From Vicugna vicugna (Eukaryota): DNA of 64,000 nucleotides. A program made the translations under genes and the position numbers. Positions 26,512-39,365 of the stretch are shown here, piece by piece; within the stretch, counting starts at the first letter, position 1, and each line of letters opens with the position of its first letter. The DNA lies in NCBI GenBank assembly GCA_013265495.1, contig MU058824.1, positions 5,971,245-6,035,244 of the forward strand. The letters are read 5' to 3'. The notes beneath the pieces are model-generated. The model searched no databases, had not been told where the DNA came from, and saw nothing but the letters and a program-made list of their open reading frames with translations.

Positions 26512-26795
26512 TATAATACTGTATTTGAGTTGCTATTATTTAGGGTTTTTGAATCTTTATTCTTAAGCGAGCTAGCTAATTTTGTAATTCATAAAATGAA
26601 CCGGGGATAAATCCATCTTTTTCTAAGCTTAATAAAATGTTCATAGCACATTATTTTAATACACTCTGTATTTGAGTTGCCATTATTTATTTAGGGTTTT
26701 TGAATCTTTATTCTTATGTGAACTAGCTATATTTTACAATTCACAAAATAAATTGGGGATCAATTAATCTTTCTCTAAGTTCAATAACATTTTAA
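26512..26795. repeat. Diverged tandem duplication, ~145-bp unit
   Basis: ctgtatttgagttgc(t/c)attattta...gggtttttgaatctttattctta...ctagcta...gggga...tctaag occurs twice in tandem. Confidence 0.85.
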
Positions 26796-27099
26796 ATAAT
26801 ATAGGAATTGCTTTTTTCTTGAAGGTTTGGGGAAAATCACCCTTAAAATATTCTTAGCCTGGTATCCTCTACAGAATTAGTTTTTAAACAATCTTCTCAA
26901 TTTATTCCATGAATATTCAGATTTTCTATTCTCTTTTGAATTATTTTCAGAAATTCATATTTTCCTAGTAAATTGTCCATTTTATTAAGTTTGTCAAATT
27001 AATTAGAATAAAAAGTTGTTCATGACATTCACTCCGTATCTGATCTTAGAACCATTTTCTCCACCAACTGCCCCATTGTTGACCCTCTGCTTTGTGCCT

Positions 27100-29050
27100 G
27101 ACACTACTCCAAGCACTCACTAATTACTGACCAACAAAGCATACATGGTTTCAGGTCCTTTAGGATTAAACAGTCTAATGGGGAAGAATAATGGTAAACA
27201 AGTAAGCAAATAAGTAATTACAAATTTTTATAAGTGTTATGAAGGTAATAAAATACAATAATAGAAAATAATTGGGACAGGTCTACAGGGTTAAGATAGA
27301 GGAGTATAGCAAGACCTCACTGTGGGGTGACATTTAAATCCAATCCTGGAAGAGTAGGAAAAACCAGGTCTATGAAGAAAAAGAAGGAAAAGTCCCAAAA
27401 TATTCCAATGCAGAATAGATCCTGCTGTGTTTGAGGTACTGAAAGAAGTATAAGATAGCTGAAACACAGGGAGTGATATGGAGAGGGCCCTGAGAAGCTT
27501 TTGGAGAACTCGGCAGGTAATGCAGGTCTTTCAATGGCTGCTGGGGAATTTCTATTAAGGAGATTAGGTACTGGCAATCCAATCAAAGGGAGAAATTATA
27601 ACTGATTTTGCCAAGTTCTTTATGTAAAACGGAGAATAATTCAGTCATCCATATCCAAGAATAGGATAATTTATAATAAGCATTTTTGTGGATCATAGTA
27701 AAGAGTTTAGATAAATTTTTTAAATTACTAGATATTACTCCTTAGTTTTCAGATTATACAAAAATTAAGCAGCAAGTTCAGAAAGCTCCTTTATAATCTC
27801 TTTTCCTTCCACCCTCATTCACTCTCCCACTTTGCCACCTCACATCATCCACCCCAACCAGTTTCCCCTATTATTATCATCTTACATTAGTGTGGTACAT
27901 TTGTTTTGGCAGTTAGGAATAAATTATGATACGCTGTTATTAACATCCATAGTTTACATTAGGGTTCACTCTTTGTGTTGTACATTCTATAGGTTTTGGA
28001 AAATGTATAATGGCATGTATTTACCATTACAATATCATAAAGGATAGTATCACCACTCTCAAAATTTCCTGTACTCCCTCTATCCATTGCTCCCACCCTT
28101 CCTTCCTCTGAGGCTCTGGCAACTACTGATCTTTTTACTGTCTCCATAGTTTTACCTTTCCAGAAATGTCATATAGTTGGAATCATTCAATAGGTAGCCT
28201 TTTCAGACTGGATTTAAGGTTCTTTCATGTCTTTCCATGGTTTGATAGTTCATTTCTTTTTATTACTTAAGTAGATTCCATTGTCTAAAGGACATCTTAG
28301 TTGCTTCCGAGTTTTGGCATTTATTTATTAAGCTGATATAAACATTCTTGTACAAACTTCTGTGTGGACTAGATATTATTTTACCTGCACTGGCAATCCA
28401 TCAAAGAATTCTGAATATGTGTTTATTAAAAAGCTGACCCTCTGTCACTGCTGAGAGAAGAACAGTGCAGAGGAGACACATGTGGAAGTGAGGCTAGTAA
28501 GGATGCTGGTGCAATAATCCAGGTGAAAGACTCACAACTTGGACCAGCATGGGGCTGAGGAGTGAAGATAATGTATTGACTTACATAATATGGAAGGGGA
28601 ATTGATAGAACTTGCTTAAAAAAGAGAAACAAAAAGGTAAAACTTTATAAAGCCTGAGATTTCTGGCCTGTGAACATGAGAGATAGCACTGCCATTTATC
28701 GAGATAGGGAAGAAGAGCTGATGAATATATTTGAGGGAAAAGGGGCAACCAAGACTTCAATTTTACATCTGCTGAAGGTGAAATACCTGTCACATCTCCA
28801 AGAAGAAATTCAAAATAGAAGGACAGATTCGGAGTGGAACCGTAAGTTTGGAAATCACCAATAAGTGAATGCTATTCAAAGCCTTGGGAGAAGAGGGCTA
28901 AGGATTCTCTGTGGGCAGCTCCAATATTTGGAATTCATAGTGGAAAAGCAAATTTCAAAGGAAACAACAGGGTGTCTAGGGAGCTAGAAGGAAATTCAGT
29001 ATAGTGGGTATTATGTAATCCAAATGAAGAAAGTTTTGAGGAAATTATCA
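27100..29050 (-). mobile_element. L2 LINE fragment split by an L1 insertion
   Basis: acagtctaatggggaag...ggggtgacatttaaatccaatcctggaagag; gtgcaataatccaggtgaaagac...tttctggcctgtgaac...ctgccatttatcgagataggga. Confidence 0.7.
27727..28378 (-). mobile_element. L1MC-like 3' end with 11-bp TSD
   Basis: tccatagtttacattagggttcactctttgtgttgtacattctat...ctggcaactactgatctttttactgtctccatagtttt; ACTAGATATTA at 27727-27737 and 28368-28378. Confidence 0.85.
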
Positions 29051-32000
29051 ATTGCAAATTGTGTGTATTTGAGTGTTTTTCCTTCATTTACCTTTATCTT
29101 GCTAGTCAGGGGCCATCAATATTTTTTCCTTAAAGAATCACTTCTTGAATTTATTTCCTTTTTTTCTTTTATAGTTGTTAATTCTTAAATTTATTCTTAG
29201 CAATTCACTTTGCTACTATTTTGTTTCCCTTTACTCTATGCGTCAAATTTTTAAAATTTACTTCTGGATTATAATTTTTCTACTTATCAGGAAATATTAT
29301 GTAAAAAAACTTATTATTTTAATTTTCTAATAAGTATGTAATTTCATTTTTTACATATTCTTGACTATAACATATTTAAGAAAGTCTCTTAAATGCCTAA
29401 ATTTTCTTTTTTGTTTGTTTGTATTCTTTATTATTGATGTTGTTAATACTTACATTGCATTTTGGCCAGGTTAATTCAGTCTTACAAAATTTATGATTTG
29501 AGAAATTTTTTGAGACTTTGTTGTATAACACATGCTCAATTTTGTAAAAATATTTAGGACAATGCAAAAGAAAATATATTTTATTTATGTAAGTTGTTGA
29601 GTTAGATATGTTTCTATTAAATCGATATTATTGTTTTATTATCCATCCTCTATTTTCTTAGTTGGATTTTTCCTACTTCATCCATCAAGAACTTAAATAG
29701 ATTCCATTCCAAAAGTAATATGGTAATATTTATGCTACGTCATGATTTTTGTCAGCATCTCTTTGCATTTCTAATAGTTTTTATTTACATTTTAAACTAT
29801 AAGTTATTTATCAAAGTTCGTGACATCCATACTTCATTGTAGATTATGTCAGTTTTTTAATGTAGAGTAATAAGACAACGTTTTTTTGCCTTGCATTTAT
29901 ACTCGTTTAATGAAATAATGCCTTGAAATCCACACTAATATTAATTTAATGTCAACTGCTTTATTCTTTTGCATTTGCCTATTAACTGTACACAGCCATT
30001 ATCTTTAACTTTCCCTGTAATTTTATTCTAAGTAAAGTTTTTATATAAAGCATAGAGCTGATTTTTTCTATCCCAGTCATTTTAATAGTGTTATTTTACC
30101 TAGTTTCATCTATTTTCTTGAATAATAAATGATTTTTGTTTTGTTTTACTCTTTCTGTTCCTCATTTTTTGACATTTCTGAAGTCTTTTTTCTTTAATAA
30201 CTTATATTATCAATCTTTTTTCAAGTCAAAGTTTTTTTCTAAGCATAGTTGATAATTCTCTAATTACCAGTATCCATTGACTCCCTTATGTGAAATAAGG
30301 AAACTAATCCTTTCTAACTTTTTCCAACTATTTTCTGTTTTAATTTATATAATTGACCCTGTAAGTCACATTTTTTCACATTTTATATCTTCTCTTTCAT
30401 TACTTAATTTTAATATTCATATTTTCTTTTGTGACTGTTAATGACAAATTATTATAATGGTAAATGTACCTAGTTTTAAATTTATTTCTGGTTTCCTCAA
30501 AGTGTGATTTCCCTATATTTAAATGGTTTGTTTTCAATTCATCTCTCAGCTGACTGCTATAAATGTTTGGTTATTTACCTCCACCCCCACCTCCCGGAAA
30601 TGTACATGTCTGAACTACTTTTTCACTTATTGCCTCTTTGGTACTTTTCTTTTCCTTATGAAGACAGTTTGACTGGTTTGAAATTATTGGATTAGAACCT
30701 TTTTCTCATGAAACCTTAACTCCATAGTCTCCTGTCATTAACACTGTTGTAGAGTAAAAGTCTGAAACACATCTGAAAGTACTTTATTATCTCTGGTGAG
30801 ATACTTCCAGGATGTCTTTATACTTAAATTTAACCATTTCTTCAGAAAATGCCTAGAGGTTTCTCTCACTGAATATATTTTTCTGGATTATAATAAATCC
30901 TTTTGTTTCAGTAGAGGCTTTCATTTGTCAGAGCCACTTTCATCTTTTATAGGTATTATGTTTTCTGTTACACTTACTTTGATCTCCATATATATAACCA
31001 TCTCTACAGATATTTTTGCCTTTTAAAACTGTTCTGTATTCTAGTTGAGCTTTTCAAATTTGTACTCCAAACAGCTCATTTTATTTTCTGACAATATTAA
31101 TTCTAGTGTTATATTTTATTTTCTTACCTTTTTAAAAGTTAATCTTAACTTAGCTCCCTATTTAATTCTCACTACCTCTTCTTCCCAATTTTCCATGCCA
31201 ATATGTCATTCTCCCTCATCTTTAATATTTAATAATACAGATCTTTAAACTTTATTGCAAGTACAAAAGAAGTGTTCTCAATTACATCCATAGACAGTAT
31301 TTTCAAATTGTATTCTTTTCCTTTGCATTGAGGACGTCATGTTTTTAGGCTGAAAAATCTTTCCATAAACACTTATCCCTAGATTCTAGATGCAGTTTAT
31401 TTTTCTCTGATCAATGCTCCGGTGATGAAAGGAAGAGTAATATCTTACTGAAAATTTTAGAGTCAAAAAAATATAATAAAGGCTGAAATAACTGCACCTA
31501 TAAAAAATATACAAGTTTTATGGTAAAGTAGGTTGTATTTTTATATTTTCACGGAGTGAAGAGGTACAGAACTGGTTTTCAATGAGAGGCTTAATATATT
31601 ATGTAAAATCAAATAAAAATCTGTTGAATTTAATAGCCTTTGCTTTCCCAAGATTTGGGGATACTGACTCTCTCACATATAAAACAATCTGTTAAATTTA
31701 CAAAATCATTAGGATATAAAGATATCTCTGTTAACACTCTTTTACAGGTGGATAAAGGGAGGCTCAACTCTGACCAGTTGCTTGACAATATAAGTCAATA
31801 GAGGAGCTGGGTTTAGAATCACAAAGCCTACCAATTCATGCAGTTGAAACAAAAAATCAATACAGGAGTTTAATGATTTGAAAATTAAAACACAACGGTG
31901 CTACCTTTAAGAGTTGAAAGCAAAATATTGATTCATAACTTTTCCCTTTTTGTAGTCCTGTCAAATACTGAGATTGTTGTTTTTCCTAGCAACAACACGT

Positions 32001-32977
32001 TCAGAAATGGGAAATGCTGAACCGCATTAGTCAAGAAAACCCAACTGAAAATCACACATTAATTTTGTGGATCTGTTAAAAATAACAATGATTTTTAAGC
32101 ATCACATAACATGTAAAATCCGACTGTCTTTAAGCTGTGACATATACAAGGAAGTCCCCCCAGAGTTCACTAATGAACAAAACAGTATGTAGTAACAGCA
32201 ATTCTAGCAATAAATGGAGTAATTAGAATGTGCTTGGTAATAGCTGACACATAATTACAACAATCACATCAAAACTGAATGAAAATAAAGGAGAGAGAAT
32301 AGAGGTCTGATCTTCATATTAAAAGCAAATAAAATAATAAGTTAAATTGCATGCAAGAGGAAACTCTCCTTCTTCCAAATGCACACAGGCACTCAGACCA
32401 ATGCATTCACAGCTGCTTGTGGCTGGTTAACTGCTTAACTGCCCTGGGTATGAAATCTTTTGCTCCCTGGCTCTCGGGAGACACAAGTCTTGGGGGAGAA
32501 GCTTGCCTGTTTGGCTTCCTGTTTATTAGGAATGTTCTTGCTCTGAGGCACGTGGTCTGTCCATGCCAATTTAGGATAAATTACTTCCACAGGTGATCAG
32601 CTGTTCCTCATCTCCTCTGAGATCAGAGAAAGGAAGAAGAGCTTAAATGTGAACATGTGGGATCTAAAGGGATTAAGAATCATTCTGATAGGGAGTTGTC
32701 TGATCACAGGAATGGGTTACTAAATTAGATTGTGACACTGGAGAAATATTAACTGAATTGGACTGAACTCCATGAGGGTAGTTGCATATTCAGAAGTGAT
32801 CTTAGCATAAAACCATTAGCCAAAAGAAAGCAGTTCTAACAATAAGTATGCTGCTCAAAGGAGGTAGGTGTTCTACTGATAGGCACTACATAAATAATAA
32901 ATAAGTATACTGGGAGAGAGAAAAAAGACCCAGAGCTTTAAAGCTTGCAATGGTGAGAAAGGATCCTTGTATTTTAA

Positions 32978-33141
32978 CATCTTGCTATTCAAAGTGTGGT
33001 CCATAGACCGGCAGCATCAACATTCACTGGGAGTTTGTCGGAAATACAGAATTACTGGCCCCACTCCACACCTGTTGAATCAGAATCCGCATTTTAACAA
33101 GATCTAGAGATTTCTATGACATTTGAGTTTGAGATACATTG
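32978..33141. mobile_element. MER5A1-like hAT-Charlie MITE
   Basis: tcaaagtgtggtccatagaccggcagcatcaacattcactgggagtttg...tgaatcagaatccgcattttaacaagatc. Confidence 0.85.
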
Positions 33142-34659
33142 ATTTAACAGATTCATAGACCACCAGAGGGGAAGAGATCATGGAAAAGGTCTTACCTAAA
33201 CTCCCTTTCCAAATGTGAACACTCACCAAAGTTGCATGGCTAAGAGGCAATATATGTCAGAAAATGAATTAATGTCAGAGTTAAATCTAGATCTTAGACC
33301 AGTGCTCAGTCCATGATCCATATTATCATCCAAGAATTTCCAAATACCCAATGAAATGAAAAAAAACAAATCTGCTTAGTCTGTTTCCTAACACTTCCTC
33401 ATTTGATTTTTTATTATTATTCTAGTACTGGACTTGGTATTTAAAAAAGAAAACTTTCTCATAAATAAATCTTCTGTCAAAGAATAAACCTAATAACAGG
33501 GCAGATTTACTGAATGCCAAGGTTATGTATTTAAAAGATCTTCTCTCTTCCAGTCATTACTGATGCAATAAAAGGTACTGTGAGAGATTGCTGGAAATGA
33601 TTAAATGTGTTTTATTTTAGATTGATAACTCTGGTGGAGAGGGTGAGAGGAAGGCAGGAAAACCAGGGCAGGTGGGAGGGAAGAGCAGGAGTCGAGTGGT
33701 GGCACTGCTGTGGCATGACTCTCTGACATCACTGGCTTAACATTTGTATTTCAGTCCATCGCCTGACTAATAACACCATGTAGTGAAATAAAGCACCCAT
33801 TCTAGAGGTAATTGTTATGTGGTTGAATATAAACAAGCCCCATTCTGCAGTATATTTACCACAGTGCATATTTACGAGTTGGGTTTAATTAAAAGTCAGG
33901 AACACTAGAGCTATTTTTTAACTAGATGCCTATTATCTAGTGTCAAATGCTTGGTTTTAATCACGCATTTTATATCATCGTGACCTAGATCACTGCCTGT
34001 GACATATGAGATAGTGTGTTGTCTTTCCTGAGAAGATGTAGCAGAGCTTGATGGATGTTTTCTCATTCCTAACCTCATTACTACCAGCTTCCCATCCATC
34101 TAATAAAATGCTATGATAGAGAGTGGGAAGGTGCTATAAATCATAATATTCCAGCCGCTTCCAGCAGATTCATTAGAAATGCTGACTATATATCTCACAA
34201 ACAGAAAGTCAACACACAAAGTAGGTTGCTGCTTCTCCCCAGGATCAAGACACCCTGTTTCTTGTCTCTCCCTCTCACAGTGGAACAAAGGTCCCTTTTA
34301 AATGGCAAAACCCGCCATTTAACAAACAACTGCATACCTTCTGTCTTAATGTGACTGCTCCAATACAGAGTTGATAAATACTAGTTCTCATCTTGTTATG
34401 CACAGTCTGATCATTTTTTGCCCAATAGGGATTGCTGTCCACTTCTAAGTGTCAAGGAAATCGATTCCATTATAATATATTACATCTCGGAATGATGGTC
34501 ATTATTGTTTCTGTCCTGAGAAAGAAAAGGACCCTGTGTCTCCTTAAGGTTGAGGTGGGAGTTCTTGAAGAGGTAAATGAATGCTCTGACATTACCACTC
34601 CTTCAGGTAATCGGGTGTGAAACCTTAGTAACATTCTCGGCTCTTCCCTCTTTTTCAAT

Positions 34660-35340
34660 CATCGTATGTTCATTTATTCAACAAACATGTCATGAGGACC
34701 TACCATGAGCCAAGCTCTGTGCTAGATGCTGGGTTACAACCCTAAATCAGACGTGGCCTTCCCTCAAGAAGCTTGCACCGTAAATGAAAAGTAAAGTACA
34801 ACAGTAGCACATAAGCGGGAGTCCTAATCCAGTCTGGGCAGGACAGTGGTGGTCAAGAAAGGCTTCCAAGAGGATATGAAACCTAAGCTCACCAGAGAAG
34901 AGGAAAGGGAAACTGTTCTAGAAAAAGACAGCAGAGCATGTGCAAAGATTCAGGGCTGTAAAAAGGACATGATCCAAGTTTAGTACAGCTGAGACGAGCA
35001 GGAGCAGAGAGTGGTAAGAGAGTAAGGAGTTTACAAGCAATAGAGACAAGACCCTGAAGGGCCCTGTATGCTTTATAAAGAAATTTAAGCTATTCCGAGA
35101 GCAATAGGGAACTATTAAACACTGTTAAGTAGAACAGTGACATGGCACATTCTGCATTTTAGAATGATCACTCTCACAATAGTGGGTAATGGATGGTAGG
35201 AGGGATGGGACAAGGATTAAGTCGGGGAAACTACAAGAAGGCAGGGGCAATAACAGCATGAGATGTGAAGACAGAGAAACCTGTAAGTAGTTGAGAACTA
35301 TTTATGAGGGAGAGATGACAGGATTAGTGATTGATTTGAT
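34660..35340 (-). mobile_element. L2 LINE 3' region
   Basis: ttcatttattcaacaaacat...cctaccatgagccaagctctgtgctagatgctggg is the L2 3' terminus antisense; tgcattttagaatgatcactct. Confidence 0.8.
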
Positions 35341-36249
35341 CACTCTAACCTAACTGGTCACCAAGTCTATTAGTTCTTTGTTCAAATTAAGCCTTATTCA
35401 GTTGTTCCCATTTGTTCCCACAGCCACTGAAGATTCTTTCCATGATGATAAGCCCTGTGCTGTATTGTGACTAACATCCATATCTGGGCTAATCTCTCTG
35501 GTATCCAGTCCATGTTCTACAACCTAATAAATCCTCATAGACCTCTTCTCTGTTCTGCAATCTCCAGTGTCTGTTAAGCACCTAATCCCCACTGTCTACA
35601 GAAAAAGCCCTCTAACTTCAGTGAATATCTGAATCACTGAGATGCAGCGGGGGTAGAGGGGTGGCCTGTGGCAAATGAGGAAGCCCAGCCCCTATCAAGA
35701 TAAAATGTCTGATTTAGATATGGCACAGTATCCAGAGATAGGTCTTTTAAACAAACATTCAAGATACTAAGATAGGATATATACTTTGAGATAAAGTTCA
35801 GAGTTATAACCTAGAATTCACAGATCTCTACAATTTCTGCACTCCACACTCTCCTGATACCCACTGTAACTTCCTTTTCTCCCCACATCACTTTCTGCTG
35901 TCCTGTGGCTTGATTTCTTACTAGAAAAATGACTATACTAAAATCGCTCCTGCATGCATACCTTCAGTCATGTTGTTCTGCCTTTCCCCTCTGCTTATCT
36001 AAATTTAGTCAATGTATGCAGGCTCAGTTTCCGTATCTGTAAAGGGCAGGAAACAGATTAAATGATTTCTGAGTTATATTGTAATCTTACTATTCTATGA
36101 CTTATTTTAAATTCTACCTCTTCCTGAGCCTAGCCCTGATCACTTCAGCTTTCACTGATGCCTCTTTCTGAACTTGGTCAGTCTCTCTTTTTAACCCCAC
36201 ACTTAATTATATGAACTATTTTATAGGAAACTAGAATCAAACACTTTCA

Positions 36250-36445
36250 TCAGGTTCTAGCTTGATTATTTACTACCAGTATGATATTGGCCAAGTTGCC
36301 ATCTTTCTAAACATCAGCTTCCTTATCTGTAAATGGGGATAATAAAAGTTTCTGCCTTGTAGAATTGTTGCAAAGATTTAAAAAGATAATCTACTTAACT
36401 CAATTAGTACAGTGCTTAGAATTTATTAAGGCATTCTTTAAAAGT
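36250..36445 (+). mobile_element. MIR SINE
   Basis: ttggccaagttgccatctttctaaacatcagcttccttatctgtaaatggggataataa. Confidence 0.8.
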
Positions 36446-39179
36446 TAATAAAAACCAGTGTGACAGCTTACAGTTCAGTTGTAAGCAACTTGACAGAGAT
36501 GGAAGCTTCTTTTATATCATTGACCACTTCCCCAACTCCAGAACCTGACACAGGATATCATCACCTAGAATTGTTGTGGATTAATATTTATGGTACTCTA
36601 AAATAAAAATAGGTAAGCATAGCAGAATGAATCTTAGTACACAAACTCAGGTAATCCAGAATTATCATACGCCCACATTTTCTTTATATTGTTTTAAATC
36701 TGACTTCAGCTTCATCCTACTGAAGGAAATACAGTGTCAGTTATGATTACCTATCCCAAGAGGAAAAGTCCCAGGGTCTTGCTTAACATCAGAAAATTTT
36801 CACACTGTTCTACACTGGTTACTACGAAGACGCCGAGTGACCCAGCCTGTATGGTTCCTGTAGGTCATAGGCAGCTTAGCTGCTTCTCCACCTTGCATTG
36901 AATGTAGGTAACTGGACTAGATTTGGAACGCCTGAACTCAGGGTATATACAGTTCCCAGTGTTTTAGTTGGCCATCACTTCTGAAATTTTGTCATCTACC
37001 CAAGACTTTGCCAGGAGTAAGACATGAGCCCCAATTCAGAAGGACCAAATCATTCTCTTTTGCCATGTCAATCAAAAGAATTACCTCCCTGAACTCCCTG
37101 CCTTGGAAGATAATTCCCTCTCTTACTCTCTGAAGCCCATAATAATAACTTTAATAGGGTACCTACAGAATGACTTTAGTAAGTTTAGGATTCTGCTCTC
37201 AGTACTACAAAAAAAAAAATTCTCTGAGGCAGGGAATTATTAAGGACCTGACTGCCTGTGTGAGATGAGGAAAGGAAAATAAATGAAAGAATAATGAGCA
37301 CAAATTAATATTTTAATAAACTATCCTATCCAACAAGTCAAGAGGAATTGATTTGCCTGAACACAGAAGGATCAAGGCACAAAATAAAGGGATGCTGGAA
37401 TGTTGACAGCATATTCCTTTCTTGAGTCAGACAAGATCTTTTTCTCTATAGTTTTTGGCATTGGGAAAAAGAATTGGCCTTTGGTCAAGGTTAGGATTCA
37501 CTCTTCCTCCTTTCCAAATTTTAGAAAACTTTTTGATTGTTAACAATGAGAGCACCATCCATGCAGGCAAAGCACATCTTGCCTCTTGAAAGAACAAAGG
37601 CTCAGAGAGGCCATAAAAATTGCTCATAAGTCTTTGTAGACATCAAAGGACTCTTACCAACAACATGCAGATGACTTAGTGAAAGTAAATCGGGAACATA
37701 TGGATTAAGATTCTCTTGAAATACACATGGGTTTAGAAACAAGGTGAGGAGGAAACTGCTTAGGGCCAAATGCACTTTGGATTTTCTAAACACATGTGTG
37801 TGGCTATCAACCATTAACACTCCCACCCCCACATACACACATACAAACATTCACTCACTGCATAACCTAGAGACCCAGAAATGGTAAGATTCCTGGAGAC
37901 CACACACAATGGGAGATTCACAGCTATTTACCCAAGGTTAGATTAATTCAACAAATGATTTCTCTAATGTTTTCAGAAGAAGGGAAAAGGGAAGGAAAGT
38001 CAATTGGTGATTCAAGATAAACAACAGACTTTTGATTCTGATTTCTGATTTCAAGAATAAACACATATCTATTTTGTTGGCCTCAGTTTTCTCATCTTTA
38101 AAATGTGGGCAGTGGATTGATTGAGCACAGAAATGCTCAAAAATGTCTTTACTCTCTGACCATTTTTTTCTTCTGCTACTCCCCCTCATCATTCTTTTTC
38201 TAATCTGGGCATATGCAAATTTTTCCAGCAGTAATTACAAGATCTGAAAGCTGAGCTTTAAAATACCCCATATCCAAGCCTCACCCCAGGATAAACTCAA
38301 AGTAAGTGAAAATGAGTCTCAAGTACCCACCCACTCACTTTTTCTCCCCCTCTCCTCCACTGGAACACCACCACAAAGCACCTCTGCCCTCATTTTCACC
38401 CTGACAGCCTAAAGTAGTCCATTAGGGAACTCATACTAAGGACCAAACCACAGCATGTGATGATCTCTTTCATAAATAGGAAGTCATGTGGGCTTTTAAA
38501 AAAAACTGATTAATGACAATCAGAAAGCATCAAGAATTAAGTCTAAAATTATAAGACCAGAAATTGGAAGGAGTAAGGTAAGACATTTTATTACATATTT
38601 AAATCCTGATTAATAAAGTGAGAGAAAAATTACTACCAGTGCCATCAGCATCACACAGATTAAATATTTACTGAAGACTTCTTTCCAAAGCCAGTTTTCT
38701 GATTCATAATGTCCCTCATAGCCTGAACCTGAAACAACTCATTCTGGGAAAGCCTATTTGTCTTCTGATAGAAGAAGTAAAGATCTTTTTGTACTAAAAC
38801 TATTATGCAGCAGATCTCTGTCTCTAGGGTGACTGTTGTGGTACAGTCATAGTTATTTCACAATCACTCATTTTCAGAGTATATGGAAAGTAGACAGTGA
38901 TTGGGATCTGCATTTGAAATACAGGTCTAAGTTATCTCCAAGAGCCACTGATATTATCAGTCCTTAACGTAGAACTTAGTTTTGAGTTAATAACATAAGT
39001 GAACCCAGACACAGTGCTGACATCAAAACCCTTGACTCTACCAAGATCTATAGTGATTCTTTCCTTATATCTGAGAAAAATTGCTTCTAACATATGGATC
39101 CCAACTGCTGTGAATAAAATTTCATGGTGTAAATATCCTGATCCACTTGAAATAATCTTCCCTGTCACCTTGACCAACT

Positions 39180-39365
39180 GGATCATGTCACTTTCTCCTC
39201 CTATATGCTCCCATAGTAGTTTGCATTTCCTTATCATAACATTGAAGAATGTAAGATCTGAGAGGGGAAGAAGGGTGACTATCTTGTTCTCAATTGTATT
39301 TTCAGAGCCTAGACAGGGCATGGCATAAATAACAAATATTTGCTGAATACACACATAAATAAATA
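39180..39365 (+). mobile_element. L2 3' end
   Basis: aatgtaagatctgagaggggaagaagggtgactatcttgttctc...gagcctagacagggcatggcataaataacaaatatttgctgaat. Confidence 0.75.

Larger units (their letters stand above)
23750..31320 (-). mobile_element. Long, highly decayed L1M element(s), interrupted by MIR, L2 and a younger L1
   Basis: T-rich L1 antisense motifs throughout (atctttgccagtcagaaatgaaaaatagcatctcactattgtttta; ttttcttgaaggtttggggaaaatcacc; gaagacagtttgactggtttgaaattattgg); the nesting order with the L2/MIR pieces is not resolved. Confidence 0.6.
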
